64,000 nt of DNA from Candidatus Danuiimicrobium aquiferis (lineage in GTDB: Bacteria > Omnitrophota > Omnitrophia > Omnitrophales > Danuiimicrobiaceae), in assembly GCA_001804285.1 (NCBI GenBank), contig MHFR01000053.1, positions 15,857-79,856 on the forward strand, given 5' to 3'. Below the pieces are notes generated by a model. The model was not told where the DNA came from. It saw nothing but the letters and a program-made list of their open reading frames with translations, and did no database searches. Positions 59,301 through 64,000 of this stretch are shown here, one piece after another. Within the stretch, counting starts at the first letter, position 1. Each line of letters starts with the position of its first letter. Position numbers and translations under genes: made by a program.

Positions 59301-62300
59301 TCTGTGAAATTCTGATCAATGCAGGATTCATATTTTTATCTTTAAGCCCTCTGTCGATGACCCATTCGGCCGTAGCGGAAAATGGAAAAGTTTCAACTCC
59401 CATATAAGTGACCGCCGCGGAAGGGCCTCCCCTCCTGCGGGGAATTTGTTCATCCCTTGTAAAACCTTTTGATTCAACATAGCCGATCCTTAATAAAATC
59501 TGTTCGACTCTTATTTTATATTCATCCGGAGATTTCTGATCCGTCAGCTGAACGACCGCATGAATAATCCGTTGAGCCGTAGCGACTCTTTCGTTAAGCG
59601 GAGCATTCACGTCGATTTTCAAATCCAACGCTTCATTAAGTTCAGCCTCTGTCAGCATTTGGAATTTAGTTTGAGAAACAGGAGAAACAGGGACAGACAC
59701 CGAATTTTTCCTTTCACTTGAAAATTCGGTGTCTGTCCCTGTTTTGGCATCCGGTCTCACATCAGCCGCCGGAGTACGCCCTTGCGGCGCAGGCTGTGTT
59801 AACTTTTCATGTAAAAGTAAAAATTGCCCGGCAAGCATTGCTGCCACTCCTACCATCTGCCCAAGCACAAACGTCAGGAAAAATTGAGCTCTTCGCTGGA
59901 AAAATCTTGGGAATTTAATTTTCAGAAATCCGTAAAATACAAGTGTCGCAGAAAACGCAATTAGAAATGTTTTTTCAATATTCGCCCTCAAAATCCGGCC
60001 CATCAAATCAAACTGAACAAACTGGTTCCAGATCTCATTGGCTGTTTCGGGATAAATGGCAGTAGCACCAGAAACCGCGCTCGTCGCAAGCCCAGAATAA
60101 ATAAACGTTTTGCCGATCTTTCTCTGAAATGCCCGCATCCATCTTCCTCGCTGCTTCTGGGCTTGCAAAGATTGTTGAACGCCAAACGCAGTCAACGCTG
60201 CACCCGCTATAAACGCTAAACCCGCAAACACCCGTACCTCGGCTCTTTTTTTCGGGCTTGCCACAATCGTATTAATCGGTGTTTCTCCGATTCCAAGCGG
60301 CGCACGACCTTCAACAAAAACCGTTCCTCCATCCGTCGAAACTGCCGTTTTGACTTTATTATCACGGACCCATTCTTCAAGTTTAGCTCTTAACCTTTCC
60401 ATTGAAGGCCCCGTCGCTCCCCAAAAATCAAAACCGTAAATTTCTGTTTTTACCAAATTGCCCGCATCATCAATCCCGATCACAACCCTGCGCCCCGAAC
60501 CACCCAAGAAAAGTTTCGAAAGGTCAAGCACTTGCCCGTTTTCAACAACAATTGGACCCAATTGAACGGCATCTTCGACCTGCCCTTCTGGAATCGTTTC
60601 AAGAAAAGCACGAACTCTTTCAATAAAAATTTCTCCGGTTTTCAAGGTCCCAAATATCGCTTCCGCACGCCCCGGCTGATTAAAACTCGGATTAAGCTTT
60701 CTCAAAACTTCTCCATTTCTCTTCAAATAGCCCGTCGGAAGTTTATCCCCTTCGGTTCCAAGCCGGAAATATCCGGCAGGCGCAATCGCAAACTCGCCCG
60801 GTACTGCCGGGCCTTCATTAATATCAATCCGGTACTCTTGGGTAGAAATGGCCATATTGCTTTGGCTTTCATGAACTTTCGCAAAAATATATTGAAGCAG
60901 TCCCATTCCAAAAATAAAAACAGGGGCAAATCCGAGGAAAAACCTCGCCGCCCGACTTTGTTTAAAAAATGTCCGTACATTTTCTATATAAAAGGGGACA
61001 GCGCCCTGAAAGGGCGCTGTCCCCTTTTTTACACGCACTTCCGATCGCAAAGCACCTGTTTCCCGGCTTGCAGGAACTTGCATTTCCTGGCCTGTAATCC
61101 ACCGCTGAGCTGCGAGGTCGCCACGTTTTGCTTTAGCGATGTTTCCTTTCACTTCATTCATACCTGCACGATCGAAGGCTCTTACTCCGAACGTATTCAT
61201 TAACGGAATCGTTATCCGCTCATAAACACGGATTTCAGCAGCCACATGAGTTTCAAAGTCATACTGCCCGTCCGGTGTTATCAATTGAATCCCGTTTAAA
61301 TATTCACGATAATGTTCTCCTTCATGCGATATGACATCAATCGCGCGAATGGCTTTCCCGAAATCCGTTTGCGGGCCTTCTTGATCAACATAATGTTGAT
61401 TGAGATAAACAATGCCTGTCTCAAGGTCAATCGTCCCGGGAACCTTATCCGGTAAAACACCCGCCGGCAATATTGCGACTCCTTTGACCGCCTGATAGGC
61501 TGTTTTAACCGCCTCCGGAATATTCCGCTGTTCGGTTAAGAATATGTCCAACGTTTTTGTGAAATTTTCCCCGGCTGCCAGCGCCTGTTGATGTCCCTCA
61601 AATGTTAAATTTTGAAGCAAAGAAACGCGCGCTTGAACACCTACAAATACGTCCTTTTCATTTTGGTCAATCCGGATTTCTTGTGTCGTTGTTGGCCCCA
61701 AAAACGGGCCTTGCGGCACAGCCGGAAGGAGATGGAAAGCCATGGCAAGAAGAAAACCGATCAAAAGAATGCCGGAAGCAATCGAAATCGCAAGATAAAT
61801 CCCGCCGATCACATTGGCTGTTTTGTATACTGCAACACCGATTCTCGTATTCCAAAAATTGTCAATATACGTCCGAATGCTTTCGAGGATAGACGGCGGC
61901 GCGCGTGATTCTGAAATACCCGGTTCTTCTTTCAGATATCTTCTGAAATCAGCATCAAGACGGGCTTGTGCTTCCTGAGTTTCAACGTTCAACTGTTGGA
62001 ATGCCGCATCGAATACTTTTTGAAATTTTTTTCGCTCAAAAGCCGCGGATAATTTTTGATGTTCGTCTAAAAGATAAGCAACGTCCGCTTCTCTGCCGCG
62101 CAGAAAGGCAAGTTGATATAATTGTTTTAATGTTTTTAAATTAATTCCTGCAAAATTCAGATCTTCGGCCCTCGCAAAAAACTGCGAGGACACTTGCGCG
62201 TTTCGATCAATCAAAACGGGGACAGGTTCTTGTTTCGCTAACGCAGAACCTGTCCCCGTTTTTGGCGCAATGTCGCGCTCTTCGGCGTTTTTCTTGGCAA

Positions 62301-63996
62301 CTCCAAGCAGATGGCGATAAAAATCGACATTTCGTTTAATTGCCGTTTCAACATTATTTCCATGTTCGCTTAAAATATCATTGAGACGATCAAGATTCCC
62401 GAAAAATTGATCCGAAAACCGGTAAGCGCTAAAACTTGCCTGTTCAATCTCACCGTCAAGCAATTCTTCTTCGGATGACGGCAAAAATTGAATGTTGTAT
62501 TTTTTCCCGCCGCGGGATTCGATAAACCAAGTATTCATCAAAGCAGACCGGGCCAACGGGTCCAGCATATCAACACCAGGCATATTGACTTTAACACCCG
62601 CCTTCCGGAGGGATTCAAACAGATTCGTTTTAAGTCCGGCGAGTTGTTCTTTCTTTATATCTGTTATATCGCCCGGCAGGTGAATTCTGACATCAATGTC
62701 ATCCACCAAATCCCAATTTGGCGTCCCGTCCGGTGTCAAAGTGTAACTCATCGAACCAACAATCGATAAAATCGGAACATAGCCAAACACTTTTCTTGAA
62801 TGATTTTCCAAAACCGAGACTAAATCTACATTCTCCGCACCGAATTTATCCGCCGTCAAAACGAAATTCGTTTTGACGCGGTTTTGATGAAATACTTCTT
62901 TCGTTTCCGGATCAACCAGCAATACAGGCAATGTTTCCGCTCGCACTTCCGCCCTCGATACTTTTGTCATTGCGAGACGCGATCCAAGCTCTGTCGAAAC
63001 AATCTTTATATCTGGAATTGCCGCGGCACCGATTTGTACATTGCCTCGCAATGACACGCTCCGCGCCTCAGACCGGCCAAATGCCTGTTTATAATGAAAA
63101 TCTAAAAGCTCTTTGAATTGAGCCACCCACGGCTCTTGTGACTTTCCGTAGATTTCGAAAAATAGCGTTGAAATCCTGCTTCGATTTTCCATCTCTGCTT
63201 GACGGCTGGTTAAATCATCCAAAACCGACTGAATTTCACCATACAATCTTTGCCATTTCCTTTCATCTCCGGCATGAACCGCCGAGATAAAATTTAAAAT
63301 TCCCACCGCCAATTTTCGTTGTTTCGCGGACCGGCCCATTCCGCGACGGTCTTTGATTGTGAGTCCTTCTATCTTTCCATTGGATTCCGTAATCTGTTCC
63401 GATGTCACTTCCGAAAGACTCCTTCGAGTCATCAGATTGAGGACCTCAAACAAAACCGTTTCGACCCGATTTCTCAAAGCCGCTCGGATCGATTTCCTGA
63501 CGAACGGAGCAAATAAGGAATCCTGCAGACCTGTCTCATCAGCAGGCATGACGGCCATTCGCGTCGGAAATAATCGAACTTGAATAGCCCGCAGAAGGTT
63601 TGTGTCATTTTCGTAGATGCCCGAGTCACTCAGAATTTTCAGAACTTCATCATGTATTTTGGGGGAAAATCGCGAAACACTGAGACCCTTATCGGTCAAA
63701 AAATTAAACGAATCTCTCACGGCAACACGATCTACATGATATAAATGACTTTCTCGAATCTTGGAAACCACTCCTTGAATTTTCGCTTCCACCTGCTCGC
63801 TCAATACGAACGGCCGGGAAGGAACCGGCAAACTATCGAGATGCGCTTCTATCGATTTCATGACATGCCACTTGATCACGTCAAGCGACTCATTCCAATA
63901 ATCTGCATAACGAGGGAAATACTTCCAAAATAAAAAGGCAGCTGAAAAACTGAATCCGGCTATTGCCAAAATCAAAATGTTCGTAACTTCGACCAT
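55765..63996 (-). CDS. giant multidomain, multi-TM protein (at least 2,743 aa); start at or beyond the window edge
   Basis: An 8.2-kb ORF. It has an N-terminal TM helix (ILILAIAGFSFSAAFLFW) and several internal TM helices. Its C-terminal domain is shared with genes 1 and 2. An HExxH motif is at ISHEGEHY (about 61295-61345). The frame is open to coordinate 64000. Confidence 0.8.
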   Translation of the reverse strand: MVEVTNILILAIAGFSFSAAFLFWKYFPRYADYWNESLDVIKWHVMKSIEAHLDSLPVPSRPFVLSEQVEAKIQGVVSKIRESHLYHVDRVAVRDSFNFLTDKGLSVSRFSPKIHDEVLKILSDSGIYENDTNLLRAIQVRLFPTRMAVMPADETGLQDSLFAPFVRKSIRAALRNRVETVLFEVLNLMTRRSLSEVTSEQITESNGKIEGLTIKDRRGMGRSAKQRKLAVGILNFISAVHAGDERKWQRLYGEIQSVLDDLTSRQAEMENRSRISTLFFEIYGKSQEPWVAQFKELLDFHYKQAFGRSEARSVSLRGNVQIGAAAIPDIKIVSTELGSRLAMTKVSRAEVRAETLPVLLVDPETKEVFHQNRVKTNFVLTADKFGAENVDLVSVLENHSRKVFGYVPILSIVGSMSYTLTPDGTPNWDLVDDIDVRIHLPGDITDIKKEQLAGLKTNLFESLRKAGVKVNMPGVDMLDPLARSALMNTWFIESRGGKKYNIQFLPSSEEELLDGEIEQASFSAYRFSDQFFGNLDRLNDILSEHGNNVETAIKRNVDFYRHLLGVAKKNAEERDIAPKTGTGSALAKQEPVPVLIDRNAQVSSQFFARAEDLNFAGINLKTLKQLYQLAFLRGREADVAYLLDEHQKLSAAFERKKFQKVFDAAFQQLNVETQEAQARLDADFRRYLKEEPGISESRAPPSILESIRTYIDNFWNTRIGVAVYKTANVIGGIYLAISIASGILLIGFLLAMAFHLLPAVPQGPFLGPTTTQEIRIDQNEKDVFVGVQARVSLLQNLTFEGHQQALAAGENFTKTLDIFLTEQRNIPEAVKTAYQAVKGVAILPAGVLPDKVPGTIDLETGIVYLNQHYVDQEGPQTDFGKAIRAIDVISHEGEHYREYLNGIQLITPDGQYDFETHVAAEIRVYERITIPLMNTFGVRAFDRAGMNEVKGNIAKAKRGDLAAQRWITGQEMQVPASRETGALRSEVRVKKGTAPFQGAVPFYIENVRTFFKQSRAARFFLGFAPVFIFGMGLLQYIFAKVHESQSNMAISTQEYRIDINEGPAVPGEFAIAPAGYFRLGTEGDKLPTGYLKRNGEVLRKLNPSFNQPGRAEAIFGTLKTGEIFIERVRAFLETIPEGQVEDAVQLGPIVVENGQVLDLSKLFLGGSGRRVVIGIDDAGNLVKTEIYGFDFWGATGPSMERLRAKLEEWVRDNKVKTAVSTDGGTVFVEGRAPLGIGETPINTIVASPKKRAEVRVFAGLAFIAGAALTAFGVQQSLQAQKQRGRWMRAFQRKIGKTFIYSGLATSAVSGATAIYPETANEIWNQFVQFDLMGRILRANIEKTFLIAFSATLVFYGFLKIKFPRFFQRRAQFFLTFVLGQMVGVAAMLAGQFLLLHEKLTQPAPQGRTPAADVRPDAKTGTDTEFSSERKNSVSVPVSPVSQTKFQMLTEAELNEALDLKIDVNAPLNERVATAQRIIHAVVQLTDQKSPDEYKIRVEQILLRIGYVESKGFTRDEQIPRRRGGPSAAVTYMGVETFPFSATAEWVIDRGLKDKNMNPALIRISQKSAKNLKKLRKNSKDLRLALKANHAFGFALGRGVLKYKTEKEIPSGYAEQIAYWFKFYNGGKIETRNVKEENFQEIIKLARKQIGRQFPMLSAVREIPTFENMSQEEMQELMDAIWSLDEINEFIQDQPVWGSATTKTGTGSELTKQKPAPVLNNRGAQVSSQLRQEPNDTVVRAEARSPEPGKRLTPEEKKFKTLTTAAGKVGRQIGAIRNTIMSNVFGELFSFDINDTLVTPLFPDYIGEPEKNRLSVVFSHFFAAFLQNGKGRYWLQTADVNLISIIEELEKILSNMRDRIQREGDLPSLGLTKAIDLLDSKKRELSTQIRRLKKEARIGTPNLPDEKIPAIYEELIKRLKAKGEERVIPKLKKDRTEIKETDMDLTDLSPISGARFLLSQYRKPSVTGKLVMGQETEDKLTREQQRLWDQVRVILALNNRYLETGENTLRLHAVIDKRWKKLTAEQQVERHNERVRGDFKTIEMTIAELNILEDHQAKTMDFDFSQTTFEELLNKTKLIHDAITKRKKLMEDLDKALVGVNGELDRFENLANPLPAEEVTAPNKSVPQSDKGNAGRSEARNLENSSVIPAKAGIQLDPHFRGDDTNFRAEVRGEIIDAKTILDDFRNLSGAENILYSGRRIVIVGPDGEPFGYRDYPELGQERLINQDGLPDETVKYVLFYTDTEKYSQAFSRLISNIYGGKTIIVQMDEVRFKTDGSPENPDLWGKVKEEIKRIGEENEMSMAFDLDSQPLSPMARRVLEISKGAMFSISVSGIGWKARDIPRPQLQPVTKSVKEQRPLSVAGRAEARNLELKKGTGIVQQSKQLPVPFFDLAEMVWPTQTARVDSVNLAKQLQDARTSGLMAMDINEMIQEWINQALDEAEKQANAAVPSLTGRLLNLKPQDVTEESVTKMIEEEYARQNIPVGLVRPALRPQMSKIMRILRPVPFPEVPGSDFQKPEPGTSGNGTGVEALQADLARMTTESVRHAREMIKAMIGIDHPVKIQINMLDELKGLEGAELSENIRRLAEFARNFAVLNPNIQFEFVSAGTQGLKIDSTIRREIGKLQKQGVIRNGQFTFPSVPSANYDAVITGNTVAARPEKAITLATTLADGKTRLRFGTSGVHLGGLLAAAVVLLSKQEIAGLRKLDDQAFHAENAQTFNILAETLNWVLAQAAEEAMKRAA
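56826..56880. repeat. hairpin-A element in gene 3, in frame
   Basis: cgaaaaaggggacaggcaattgcttgctttgttgtactatgcctgtccccttttt. Confidence 0.6.
57509..57564. repeat. family-C element in gene 3, opposite DNA orientation to the gene 1 copies, in frame (encodes SVIPAKAGIQLDPHFRGDD)
   Basis: atcatccccacgaaagtggggatccagctggattcccgctttcgcgggaatgacag. Confidence 0.6.
58800..58895. mobile_element. composite: ctgcgaggacac-type motif plus hairpin-A variant (aaaacgggggcaggttt ... cagaacctgtccccgttttt), in frame. A near-duplicate is at 62180-62263.
   Basis: 58801 ..gcaactgcgaggacacctgcgcacctcgattattcaaaacgggggcaggtttttgtttcgttaactcagaacctgtccccgttttt versus 62185 ..aaaactgcgaggacacttgcgcgtttcgatcaatcaaaacggggacaggttcttgtttcgctaacgcagaacctgtccccgttttt. 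Confidence 0.55.
59684..59744. repeat. hairpin-A-like variant with extended arms (gaaacagggacagacaccgaat ... attcggtgtctgtccctgtttt), in frame
   Basis: 22-bp perfect arms with a 17-nt loop. Confidence 0.5.
60990..61030. repeat. hairpin-A-like variant (aaaaggggacagcgccc tgaaa gggcgctgtcccctttttt), in frame (encodes KKGTAPFQGAVPF)
   Basis: 17-bp arms with a 5-nt loop. This is the strongest stem of the family. Confidence 0.55.
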
Positions 63997-64000
63997 GATA

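Noticed and set aside
1495-63996. About 200 short ORFs (60-240 aa) from the six-frame track overlapping the giant ORFs on either strand (for example 9571..10122 +, 34191..34739 -, 52836..53552 +, 15902..16438 +)
   Set aside because: All are nested in, or antisense to, the uninterrupted 39-, 14- and 8-kb ORFs. Several are simply alternative-frame readings of the palindromic repeats (for example SFPRKRESSWIP). There is no independent start or RBS evidence.

Overview
The window is almost entirely taken up by three tandem, same-strand (minus) giant genes that look paralogous: 1495..40848 (13,117 aa), 41304..55607 (4,767 aa) and 55765..63996 (at least 2,743 aa, start at or beyond the window edge). 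The other features are an agmatine deiminase gene (124..1260, minus) and the first 13 codons of a further minus-strand gene at the left edge. Each giant protein begins with a transmembrane helix. Genes 1 and 2 share an N-terminal module of about 700 aa, with nucleotide stretches I eyeballed at roughly 85% identity; it may be a TraB/GumN/TIKI-like fold. All three end in a related C-terminal domain of about 180 aa. Between those ends sit many enzyme-like domains. Gene 1 has a Upf1-like SF1 helicase, a class I SAM methyltransferase, an AroE-like (shikimate dehydrogenase-like) Rossmann domain and a cNMP-binding-like domain. Genes 1 and 2 carry paralogous HExxH zincin-like modules, each preceded by an internal twin-arginine/lipobox-like signal. 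Gene 2 also has a second internal lipobox, Pro-rich linkers with beta-sandwich domains, and a degenerate protein-kinase-like domain. The most unusual property is that the giant ORFs are riddled with several families of short palindromic, MITE-like repeats that are translated in frame. Family A is a roughly 50-bp hairpin that reads K-G-T-G...P-V-P-F. Family B is a roughly 110-bp element that reads RSEAR...SELGTQF. Family C is a two-hairpin element that reads VIPxxxGIQLD or SSWIPTSVGMT. There is also a 'ctgcgaggacaggtcgcgcgcttcgg' family and several others. These elements occur in both orientations and in more than one reading frame, and some are nested into composites of about 200 bp. The same hairpin-A family also sits intergenically on both sides of aguA, where it looks like a bidirectional terminator. 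This resembles the Rickettsia palindromic element (RPE) phenomenon on a much larger scale. Genes 1 and 2 each have a near-identical sigma70-like promoter (TTGCAT-N17-TATACT). No rRNA, tRNA or CRISPR arrays were seen. All domain calls rest on motif reading only. GC content by eye is about 45-50%. Linking this to candidate phyla known for giant genes is speculation.
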